A stretch of DNA of 64,000 nt. Origin: an uncultured bacterium (lineage in GTDB: Bacteria; Fidelibacterota; Marinisomatia; Marinisomatales; UBA1611). The stretch lies in NCBI GenBank assembly GCA_943788175.1, contig CALSPG010000005.1:384001-448000 (forward strand). Reading direction: 5' to 3'. The stretch's first letter is position 1. Each line of letters begins with the position of its first letter. Below are positions 19,031 through 28,023 of the stretch, piece by piece. Made by a program: the position numbers and the translations under genes. The notes under the pieces were generated by a model. That model was given only the letters and a program-made list of their open reading frames with translations, was not told where the DNA came from and ran no database searches.

Positions 19031-19630
19031 ATGGAAATACCTTACGTAGTAGAAGAACGAGAAGACACTGGTCTCATTAACTCAAAATTAGGCATCTGGA
19101 TTTTTTTAGCCTCAGAGGTTATGTTATTTGGTGGTTTATTCTCTGCTTATATTTTTTTACGGATGGCTGCACTTCCAGGTGATTTTGAGCGATGGGCAAG
19201 TGAACTTAGTGTGCCGATGGCTACTGTTAATACTGTGGTTTTAATATCCTCTAGTGTATCAATGGTAATGGCTTGGGCTTCATTAAAAATGAAAGATTTT
19301 TCAAAGTATAAAATGTACTTAGGCATTACAATTTTTTGCTCTTTTGTTTTTTTAACCATTAAATATTTTGAATATTCAGGAAAATTTGCTCATGATATCT
19401 ACCCGTCGAGTAATACCTTCATGGCAATATATTTTACTCTTACTGGTTTACACGTGCTACACATTATTGGTGGCGTAGTAGTCATGCTTTATTTCTACCT
19501 TCCAATAAGTCATAAAATGTGGAATCAACAACCAGAACAATTCACGAATAGAATAGAAGTTTTTGGCTTATATTGGCATTTTGTTGATCTGGTCTGGATT
19601 TTCTTATTCCCTGTATTATATTTACTGTAA
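19031..19630 (+). CDS. ctaE: Cytochrome c oxidase subunit III
   Basis: WIFLASEVMLFGG, YFTLTGLHVLHIIGG, GLYWHFVDLVW. Confidence 0.95.
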   Translation: MEIPYVVEEREDTGLINSKLGIWIFLASEVMLFGGLFSAYIFLRMAALPGDFERWASELSVPMATVNTVVLISSSVSMVMAWASLKMKDFSKYKMYLGITIFCSFVFLTIKYFEYSGKFAHDIYPSSNTFMAIYFTLTGLHVLHIIGGVVVMLYFYLPISHKMWNQQPEQFTNRIEVFGLYWHFVDLVWIFLFPVLYLL

Positions 19631-19640
19631 GGATTGAATT

Positions 19641-19970
19641 ATGAGTGATAATCACGATACAGCATCAATGCAAGATCATATTAGAGTTTATCTAATGGTT
19701 TTTGGAGCGCTTGGTGTTTTAACAATAGTTACTGTTTTAGCATCATACTTAACCTTAAGTACTTCTGAAGCAATATTTCTTGCTCTCATAATAGCTTCTG
19801 TAAAAGCGTCGTTAGTTTTAGGTTACTTTATGCACCTTATTACTGAAAGAAAAATGATTATTTGGATTCTTCTAATGACAGTATTTTTCTTTTTTATTAT
19901 GATATTTTTGCCTCTAATCTCTAATATTGATCATGCTGGAGACCCAGCTCAATGGTGGAAGGTTCTTTAA
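19641..19970 (+). CDS. ctaF: Cytochrome c oxidase subunit IV family protein
   Basis: YLMVFGAL..LT, IASVKASLVLGYFMHL. Confidence 0.9.
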   Translation: MSDNHDTASMQDHIRVYLMVFGALGVLTIVTVLASYLTLSTSEAIFLALIIASVKASLVLGYFMHLITERKMIIWILLMTVFFFFIMIFLPLISNIDHAGDPAQWWKVL

Positions 19971-20168
19971 ATGATTGGGATTAAGACATTTCACCTTTTT
20001 TTTATAGGCTTATCTATACTTTTAACTGGGTGGTATAGTTATTTTGAAATAACAACACCAACAAATCCTGGAAACATTTCAACATTCCTTGGAATTGCTT
20101 CTTTATTATCAATGTTAGCATTAAGCTATTATGGATATAACGTTTACAATAAATTTAAAAAATTATAA
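19971..20168 (+). CDS. Hypothetical 65-aa 2-TM protein
   Basis: MIGIKTFHLFFI...; directly abuts ctaF. Confidence 0.7.
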   Translation: MIGIKTFHLFFIGLSILLTGWYSYFEITTPTNPGNISTFLGIASLLSMLALSYYGYNVYNKFKKL

Positions 20169-20171
20169 ATA

Positions 20172-20396
20172 ATGCATTACTTTAAAATAATAATTGTTAT
20201 AATCGCTTTTTTTTCGAGTTCTCTGTATGCATGCGGGACGTGTTATGGTGATCCTAATTCTGCAGCCGTGGAGGGTATGAACTGGGCAATTATCTCCCTA
20301 CTCATTACAACTGGAGGAGTGATGTCGGGTATAAGTTTTTCTATTTTTAGTATTGCCAAAAAGTCAAAGAATTATAATAAATCTAAGGAATTTTAA
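20172..20396 (+). CDS. Small membrane protein with CxxC after a signal peptide
   Basis: ...SLYA-CGTCYGDP then a TM helix; lies inside the oxidase operon. Confidence 0.7.
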   Translation: MHYFKIIIVIIAFFSSSLYACGTCYGDPNSAAVEGMNWAIISLLITTGGVMSGISFSIFSIAKKSKNYNKSKEF

Positions 20397-20399
20397 GTT

Positions 20400-21242
20400 T
20401 TGCTAGAGTTTTTACAAAGTTTAGGTTTACCTCAAAACCTATCAATTCAGGGCGAATACATTGACAATGCAAATGTATTAATGCACTGGCTTATGTTATA
20501 TTTATTCCTAGGCTGGGGTGCATTTTTTATTGTCAGTCTTTACAAATTTCGTGAATCAAAAAATAAAAAAGCAGATTATTATGGAGTTAAATCACATCTT
20601 TCTTCTGTCCTAGAAGGGGCAGTAGCTATAGTGGAAATTATAGCCTTATTTGGATTTTCTTATCCAATATGGGCTTACAGGGTTAATGACGTTCCTGACA
20701 GTAGGGATGCTGTAAATATTAGAGTTATTGCTCAACAATTTGCATGGAATTTTCATTATCCAGGAGCTGATGGTGTTTTTGGAAGGACGGATATTAATTT
20801 AGTAGATGAGTCTGAACAAAATTTTATTGGTATTGATAGGTCAGATGCTTTTGCTAAAGATGATATTATTCTCCAGAATCAAATGCATATCCCCGTAAAT
20901 AAAAAAATTAGAGTGGACTTATCTTCAAAGGATGTTATTCACAACTTTAAACTTCCTGAGTTAAGAGTATCTCAAGATGCGATTCCAGGGATGACAATAC
21001 CTGTTCACTTTACCGCAAAAACTACGTCTAATGAATTCTTAGAAAGTGTTAAAGGAACTCCTCGAGAGGGCAAGGGACTTGAAATAGCTTGTGCTCAATT
21101 ATGTGGTATTACCCACTACAGGATGCGTGGATATTTAACAGTTGATACTGAAGAAGAATACAGTGATTGGCTTGCTAGTGAGGCTGAGTATTTAGATTTT
21201 GGTGACGATGAAGATGAGTGGGGTGATGATGAAGACTGGTAA
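20400..21242 (+). CDS. ctaC: Cytochrome c oxidase subunit II (CuA)
   Basis: 2 TM helices, AQQFAWNFHYP, SKDVIHNF, DAIPG, CAQLCGITHYRM. Confidence 0.95.
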   Translation: MLEFLQSLGLPQNLSIQGEYIDNANVLMHWLMLYLFLGWGAFFIVSLYKFRESKNKKADYYGVKSHLSSVLEGAVAIVEIIALFGFSYPIWAYRVNDVPDSRDAVNIRVIAQQFAWNFHYPGADGVFGRTDINLVDESEQNFIGIDRSDAFAKDDIILQNQMHIPVNKKIRVDLSSKDVIHNFKLPELRVSQDAIPGMTIPVHFTAKTTSNEFLESVKGTPREGKGLEIACAQLCGITHYRMRGYLTVDTEEEYSDWLASEAEYLDFGDDEDEWGDDEDW

Positions 21243-21262
21243 ATGGATTGTTTAAAAATGTT

Positions 21263-21297
21263 AAAAAAAGCCTTATTACATATAAGGCTTTTTTTTT
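21263..21297. terminator. Probably bidirectional Rho-independent terminator
   Basis: A7-GCCTTAT-TACAT-ATAAGGC-T9 between convergent genes. Confidence 0.85.
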
Positions 21298-21410
21298 ATC
21301 CAGTTTATACAACAAATAGTTCTATTAGCAGTCAGTAAAGTAGTAAACAATCATTTTTCATAGATTGCTAAATCAATTAAATACTTATTGCTGAAATCAT
21401 GTTTTACTTT

Positions 21411-24400
21411 TTATAATTTTTTTACTAGACCTCCAAAGCTCTGATCAATTTTAAACCCTTGCTTGTAAAAAAAACTTTCATGGTAAAAACCAACTGTTAT
21501 TATACTGTGGCCATTTTGAATCATTCTATTAAAGAAATCATTCATTAGTTTTTTACTCAAATTTCTTTGTTGATATTTATTCATTATAACAACCCATTCA
21601 AGATGTACTCTTAAATTGCTTTTAATTATATAATAAAGGCCACCAATCACTTTGTTTCTACTATTTACTAAAAATAAAAAATTGTGGTTCACATTAAATG
21701 TCACAGAAAGATTTTCTTTTGATATAATCGTTTGAAATTTGGCAATTTCTTTTGGTTGAAAGGGTGGGCGAATTGTATAAATATTACCTTCAGAATCCTC
21801 TGTTTTAAATGCTAGGTCTATATTTTTTTTATCACCTTTTCTTATTTTTGCTAGCTCCACATAATCAGCTGCATCTATATGAGGATAAAGCATTCTTGCT
21901 AAGAAAAATTTCTCATTTTCTTTCAATTTAGTGTTTAATAAAATATCTTCAATTTTATCTTTTAGATTCCATGGGCTTAAAGAATCTCGTCTCATATCTT
22001 TAATAATAGATTGAAAATAGGTATTTAAGCGGTCTCCCGAATTTTTTAAACAAGTCATCATGAAAAACCTTACTCTTGTTTCGGGGTATTCATCTAATAA
22101 TGTATTTAAGTTGTAATCATGATACAACTCTTTTAAAATTGATGCTTTTGCCTCATTTGTTGCGTTCCTGTTTAAATCAAGCCATCTTTCATATCTTAAA
22201 GAAGCAAAAACAACTGGTTTCGTTAGAACTCCAAAATTATTAAAATCAGTTAAAAAATTAGTTATTCTACTTTCTGTGAGTCCAAATTTTGAAAATTTAT
22301 TTTTAACTTCTTTTGTCGATAAATCATCTCTAAGCCTCTTAAGTATTGGGATGCCTTTTTTTACTTTCATTGCTTCTAAAGTAGCAGTAAATATAAGTTC
22401 CCAGTCTGCCATATGCTTTAAGCCAGGGTATCTTTTTTCCGTATCTAGAATATAATGTATGTAGAGGTCCAAATAAAATTGCCAAATAGAATCAACTTCT
22501 TTTCTATCAGATATAGATATAATCTTATTCCCCGTGTTATAATCATGTGGGGGTATTATTAAATTGTCTGGTATAGGAGGGTATATTGCTAGCTTATATT
22601 GCGTGCGATGCCAAAAATCAATATAGGCTTGGGCCCCATTCCATATATAATGAAGCCAACGCATTTGCCAGCGATCTTTCTTTGAATTAGAACTTATTTC
22701 TTCTTTAAATCTATTTAGCTGAACATTTACAGTATCATTTGTTATATATTCTTCAGTATAAATCGATTCTTCAGGCCAGTATCCACCAAATTTTTCTACT
22801 AATTGATTTAAACTTGAACTTGTTGAGCCCATCAGAATTAACCATTGTATTTCTTCTTCAAAAAAATCTTTTTCTAAATTCTGATTAAGATTTAAAACAA
22901 TATTATATGTTCCGTAACTAATCGTTTTTACAAGAACTCGGAATGAGCTTTTATGATTATTTGTGGTTAAGTGTTTTATCCAAACCCCATTTCTTGGAAT
23001 GTCAGAAAGTTGAAGTATTGTGTCATTTGAAAATAAGAAAATTGATTCTTTAATTAGAGCCGTTGAACTTATTGCTTTTAGTAAAACTATTTTATGGTTA
23101 TTGCTCACACTATCATCGAATGTTAAAACATCACTCCAAGTATATTCTTCTTTTGTATCTCTATCTATAGTTATAGATGAATTAGGTCCTATCCATAGTC
23201 TGAATCCATTTATTAAATTATAATATTCTTTCTGAGCTGACGATTGAACTTGAGATGGTGATTCGGATAGTTGCCACCAGATAAGTTCTGATCTAGCTAA
23301 AATAAACTGAGTCGGGTGAATTTTTCCATATTCGCAGATGATTGATAATGCTTTTTGAATGAAATTCATATCAACTGTGTCTATTTCATCAATTTTGCTA
23401 TGTATAATTTTGAGGAGATTAATTAGTTCATGAAATTGCTTACTATTTATTTTTTTAATATCAAAAATAAAGTCATCTTCTTTATTAACCATATGGTATC
23501 TATGAATGGCTTTTAATTGATCTACAAAAAACCTTTCAGATAATAAAGGGCATATAGTCTCTAATAATTTTAATCTAAAAATTGGCTTTGGATGCTCCAA
23601 GTATTGCATAAAAGTTTCAACGATGACGTCAGACCATTCATTGTTTTTAATTTTTATGATTTCATTAAGGTGGCTACTAAACGAAATATTATTATTACGA
23701 TATAGTAATAATGATTTATGAATCATAGATAATTGTAGATCATTTTCTTTAAAAGTAATTTTTTGCTCAATGTCATAAAAATTTTTACTATCAATAACCA
23801 ATGTGATCTCATTATAATTTATTGATTCTTTTATTCTAAATGTTGTGTTTGCACAGAAAACAATAAACTCTTGATTGCCGAGCCATAGTCTTGGTGTGTT
23901 TATAAACATAGCTAAATCAAATGTTTGCTTATCTATATCATAAGATAGTTCACCAATATGAACTTTATTTTCGTACCATCGAAATGTTAGCATTATATTT
24001 TTATCAGCAATAATAATTTCATTTCCATTCCATTTTATATTTGATTTGATGGTCCCTATCTCTCGGATAAGCCAATTTGGAAATTTTATTTCTTTATCGT
24101 CATTGTATAAACTGACATAGTCTTTTTTATACATTGATTCTATTTCTAAATCAAAATTTTGTAAAATATTTTTACGTTTATAAGTTCCTTTTTGCGTTAA
24201 TTCATTACTTTCATTGCTGAAGTCTCTATTGATTATTGTAAAATTAACAATTCGTTCAAATGGAGATAAAAAACCGTTTATTGATATCAGCATAGCACTA
24301 AAAATATTTTGTACTTGCTTTTCATTCATATTTTGAAGGTTAAAATCAATGTTTTCTTTATTCGGATATATAAGCACTGTATTATATTCCTTTCCATCAC

Positions 24401-25979
24401 CGACAAGGAACACAGATTTTACAAGATCAAAATCTTGGAATAAATTTTCTATTTTTTGAGGAGCTATTGTTTGTCCTCTACTATTCTTGTATATATCTTT
24501 TTTCCGATCAATTATAAAATAATAACCATTTTCTTCTTTAAAAATATCACCGCTATAGAACCATCCATTTTTAAAAGATTTTGAGTCATCATCTTTATAA
24601 AATCCCTTAGATATATATGGTCCTTTCATACAAAGTTCACCATCTTCTTCAATTTTTAGATTAATACCAGGAAGAGCTTTCCCAACAGTATCTTCAACAT
24701 ATTCGTTTGGCGGAGTCATGGTTATTCCGCCTGTAGCTTCTGTCATCCCATAACCGCTCATTAAATTAATTTTGTTATCGTGAAAAAATATAAAAATATC
24801 AGGGTCTAAATAACCCGCGGCAGAAAGTCCCCATTTTAAACTGCCTCCTGTAATATCTTTTAATTTGGTATTGATTTCTTCTTTGTTTGATAAATCTAAA
24901 TCTATTGAACTATTCATTAATTCATATATCTGCACCCATCTTTTTGGTATACTTATAAAGATAGTAGGAGATATTATTTTAAAATCTTTTAATAACGAAT
25001 TAAACGATGGGGATTGAGCAAAAGTATAGGTAGCTCCCCAAAATATTGAACCCATAAGCTCAAAATACCTTCCAAAAGTATGAAAAAGAGGTAAGTAACA
25101 TAAAAACTTATCTTTGTTACTTATGTCAGGTAACGCTAATGCTCTTGAAAATCTTTTAGAAATAATATTTAATTGTGAAAATTTTACACCCTTTGGGTTA
25201 CTTGTAGATCCAGATGTGTACATAATGGTAATAGTTGAATTCATATCCTGATCAGATAATTCATTTATATCATCATATTTTTGATACTGGGAAAATTTAT
25301 CATGGAATGCTTCCCAGGAAATTGAATTGCTTTGTAATGAACCAATATCGTTAACATCAATAACTATTAGTTCTTCATCATATTTTGTTGAATTCCATAA
25401 TTGAATTGCTCTTTCACCACCAAGGAATAAATGCGTGATATTTGCTTCTTTTATTATAAATATAAGGTGGTCTTTATTGGCATTAAGTGGGATAGGAATG
25501 ATACTTATACCTGATGATAAACATGCTAAATCTACAACCGCGCTTTTATATTGATTATGTGATAGTATACCGATTGTTGCTTTTTGATTATTAGATGCTT
25601 TTTTTATTGCCAGAGATGTCTTTAAAACATCGTTCCAAAGCTTGGAGTATGTAATGTCTATTTTATTATCACCGTCAATAGTATGAATTGCTACTTTATC
25701 CCTATATCTTTTTTCTCGTTGTAATAGTAATTGTCCAGTATGGAAATTATACTTTTCAATAACCTGGGCAATTTTCATAGCCCATTGATTAGTATCATGA
25801 GATGAAATAGTTTTTGAGATTGACGATAAATGCAGTAGGTCTAAAAATGAAAAAGCATCATTTTTAGAAACATCATTATTAAGAATATAGTCTAGGGTTT
25901 CTTCAAGATATTCATATCGAACATTCCCAGTTTCAAAGCTTTTTAGCAGGTTGGTAATTTTATGTTTAATTTCAGTCAC
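21411..25979 (-). CDS. Long-chain acyl-CoA synthetase (AMP-binding) fused to a large unknown region and a C-terminal GNAT domain
   Basis: YTSGSTSNPKG, GYGMTE, FYSGD, IIDRKKD; C-terminal VIGGLYY..HLEWVVIMNKYQQRNLSKKLM..FFYKQGF. Confidence 0.85.
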   Translation of the reverse strand: MTEIKHKITNLLKSFETGNVRYEYLEETLDYILNNDVSKNDAFSFLDLLHLSSISKTISSHDTNQWAMKIAQVIEKYNFHTGQLLLQREKRYRDKVAIHTIDGDNKIDITYSKLWNDVLKTSLAIKKASNNQKATIGILSHNQYKSAVVDLACLSSGISIIPIPLNANKDHLIFIIKEANITHLFLGGERAIQLWNSTKYDEELIVIDVNDIGSLQSNSISWEAFHDKFSQYQKYDDINELSDQDMNSTITIMYTSGSTSNPKGVKFSQLNIISKRFSRALALPDISNKDKFLCYLPLFHTFGRYFELMGSIFWGATYTFAQSPSFNSLLKDFKIISPTIFISIPKRWVQIYELMNSSIDLDLSNKEEINTKLKDITGGSLKWGLSAAGYLDPDIFIFFHDNKINLMSGYGMTEATGGITMTPPNEYVEDTVGKALPGINLKIEEDGELCMKGPYISKGFYKDDDSKSFKNGWFYSGDIFKEENGYYFIIDRKKDIYKNSRGQTIAPQKIENLFQDFDLVKSVFLVGDGKEYNTVLIYPNKENIDFNLQNMNEKQVQNIFSAMLISINGFLSPFERIVNFTIINRDFSNESNELTQKGTYKRKNILQNFDLEIESMYKKDYVSLYNDDKEIKFPNWLIREIGTIKSNIKWNGNEIIIADKNIMLTFRWYENKVHIGELSYDIDKQTFDLAMFINTPRLWLGNQEFIVFCANTTFRIKESINYNEITLVIDSKNFYDIEQKITFKENDLQLSMIHKSLLLYRNNNISFSSHLNEIIKIKNNEWSDVIVETFMQYLEHPKPIFRLKLLETICPLLSERFFVDQLKAIHRYHMVNKEDDFIFDIKKINSKQFHELINLLKIIHSKIDEIDTVDMNFIQKALSIICEYGKIHPTQFILARSELIWWQLSESPSQVQSSAQKEYYNLINGFRLWIGPNSSITIDRDTKEEYTWSDVLTFDDSVSNNHKIVLLKAISSTALIKESIFLFSNDTILQLSDIPRNGVWIKHLTTNNHKSSFRVLVKTISYGTYNIVLNLNQNLEKDFFEEEIQWLILMGSTSSSLNQLVEKFGGYWPEESIYTEEYITNDTVNVQLNRFKEEISSNSKKDRWQMRWLHYIWNGAQAYIDFWHRTQYKLAIYPPIPDNLIIPPHDYNTGNKIISISDRKEVDSIWQFYLDLYIHYILDTEKRYPGLKHMADWELIFTATLEAMKVKKGIPILKRLRDDLSTKEVKNKFSKFGLTESRITNFLTDFNNFGVLTKPVVFASLRYERWLDLNRNATNEAKASILKELYHDYNLNTLLDEYPETRVRFFMMTCLKNSGDRLNTYFQSIIKDMRRDSLSPWNLKDKIEDILLNTKLKENEKFFLARMLYPHIDAADYVELAKIRKGDKKNIDLAFKTEDSEGNIYTIRPPFQPKEIAKFQTIISKENLSVTFNVNHNFLFLVNSRNKVIGGLYYIIKSNLRVHLEWVVIMNKYQQRNLSKKLMNDFFNRMIQNGHSIITVGFYHESFFYKQGFKIDQSFGGLVKKL

Positions 25980-26087
25980 GAATAGCTAATAGTTACTAGT
26001 CAATTTTCGAAAGAAGCATTGCTGTATAGTTTTCTAATATGTACATTCATTTGCTTTCTAAAATTTTACTAATAAAAAATCAATAAA

Positions 26088-27692
26088 ATGAACGATAAAC
26101 AAAAAATAAAATATCTAGAAAATAGAATTCATAGGCTTAATGAAATTGGGATGGCACTATCCACAGAATCTGATTCAAATAAATTATTTGAAATGATTTT
26201 AGAAGAAGCAAGAAATATTACAAATGCTGATGGTAGGACACTTTACAGCAAAGGCAAACAAGGAAATTTGAAGTTTGAAATTTTAAGAAACGATTCAATG
26301 AATACAACAATGGGGGGGAGCTCCAATGTTGAAATACCTTTTGACCCTGTTAAACTTTGGGTTGATGAATCGACACCAAACCAGAGTAATGTTTCTGCAT
26401 ATGTAGCGCTAACTGGTGAAACTGTAAATATTAAGGACGCATATCAAGAAGAGGGGTTTGATTTTAGTGGTACTAAGTCGTATGATCAAAAAACTGGTTA
26501 TCATTCTGAATCTTTTTTAACGGTACCTTTAAAAAACCATGAAGATGAAATTATTGGTGTAATGCAATTAATAAATGCTAGGGATGAAAAAAACGAGGTC
26601 ATTGCATTTGATAAAGATATGCAAGAACAGGTTGAATCTCTAGCCTCTCAAGGTGCTGTCGCACTAACAAATAAAAAGTTGGTTGGAGAATTAAAAACAC
26701 TTTTTGAGGCATTTATACAGTTAATTGCAACTGCTATAGACAAAAAATCTGAATATACAGGAGGGCATTGTTCAAGAGTTCCTGTTATTACAATGATGCT
26801 TGCTGATGCTGTTGCAAAGACTAAATCTGGTAAATACAAAGATTTTAGTATGACGGAAGATGAAAGATATGAACTTTATATTGCTGCTTGGCTACATGAT
26901 TGTGGAAAGGTTGCAACGCCGCCTCACGTGGTTGATAAGGGCACCAAATTAGAAACTATTTTTGATAGGATTGAACTTATAAAAACTAGAATGGAAATTC
27001 TAAAAAGGGATGTTGAAATAGATTTTTTAAAAAGACAATTAAATGGTTCTCTTCCAGTTTTTGACGAAGAATACAAAAATACGATTAAGAAGATTGATGA
27101 AAATATTAAATTTATTGAATCTTGTAATGTGGGTGGTGAGTTCATGAAACCTGAGTTGCAGGAAAGAATAATATCTATTTCTGAACAAAAACTGATTCTA
27201 AATAATAAAGAGATGAATATTTTGACAAAAGAAGAAGTTCGTAACTTAAATATTACAAAAGGCACTCTTTTGCCAGAGGAGAGAGATATTATAAATGATC
27301 ATATTTCTATCACTATTGATATGCTAGATCAATTACCTTATCCTAAAAATCTTAAAAATATTCCTGAATTTGCTGGAGGGCATCATGAAAAGATGGATGG
27401 GACAGGGTATCCAAAAGGTCTAAAAGCTGATCAGATGTCCCCGCAGGCAAAGATAATGGCAATTGCCGATATTTATGAAGCTTTAACTGCGGCTGACAGG
27501 CCATATAAAGATGGTAAGAAATTATCACAAGCTATGCGTATTATGGGTTTTATGAAAAATGACTACCATATTGATGATGACCTTTTTGAAATTTTTGTTA
27601 GTTCCGGTGTTTACAAAGAGTATGCAGATGAACATGTATCAATAAATCAAATAGATAAAGTTGATGAAAAATCTGTTCTGGGTAAAAGATGA
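26088..27692 (+). CDS. GAF + HD-GYP cyclic dinucleotide phosphodiesterase
   Basis: GAF (SFLTVPL..IIGVMQLIN); YTGGHCSRV, WLHDCGK, HHEKMDGTGYP, IADIYEALT. Confidence 0.92.
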   Translation: MNDKQKIKYLENRIHRLNEIGMALSTESDSNKLFEMILEEARNITNADGRTLYSKGKQGNLKFEILRNDSMNTTMGGSSNVEIPFDPVKLWVDESTPNQSNVSAYVALTGETVNIKDAYQEEGFDFSGTKSYDQKTGYHSESFLTVPLKNHEDEIIGVMQLINARDEKNEVIAFDKDMQEQVESLASQGAVALTNKKLVGELKTLFEAFIQLIATAIDKKSEYTGGHCSRVPVITMMLADAVAKTKSGKYKDFSMTEDERYELYIAAWLHDCGKVATPPHVVDKGTKLETIFDRIELIKTRMEILKRDVEIDFLKRQLNGSLPVFDEEYKNTIKKIDENIKFIESCNVGGEFMKPELQERIISISEQKLILNNKEMNILTKEEVRNLNITKGTLLPEERDIINDHISITIDMLDQLPYPKNLKNIPEFAGGHHEKMDGTGYPKGLKADQMSPQAKIMAIADIYEALTAADRPYKDGKKLSQAMRIMGFMKNDYHIDDDLFEIFVSSGVYKEYADEHVSINQIDKVDEKSVLGKR

Positions 27693-27991
27693 GTGCATTA
27701 GAGCAAAGGGAGATATTAAAAGAGAAAATATTTTCTCTGCAAGCTGAAGTCTCTAAGATTCTTAGTGTTGATAATGATGTTGATAAATTTTTGGATAACA
27801 GCACAATTTTAGATGAATGGGAAAAAATTATCCCTGACGCAGAGTATGGAATATTCGTAATTGCTATTTTGAATAATATCAAAAGAGAAATAATTATAGA
27901 CAAAATAGTGGACTCAATATTAAATGTTAGTAGCCCAAAGGATAGGGTGGAAAGAAAAAATAATCAAATCAAACATCACCCGTTTTGTTAA
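27689..27991 (+). CDS. Hypothetical protein
   Basis: 100-aa ORF with ATGA overlap to the HD-GYP gene. Confidence 0.65.
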   Translation: MSALEQREILKEKIFSLQAEVSKILSVDNDVDKFLDNSTILDEWEKIIPDAEYGIFVIAILNNIKREIIIDKIVDSILNVSSPKDRVERKNNQIKHHPFC

Positions 27992-28023
27992 TTGCAAACC
28001 GGTTTTAGATAAAATAATCATAT

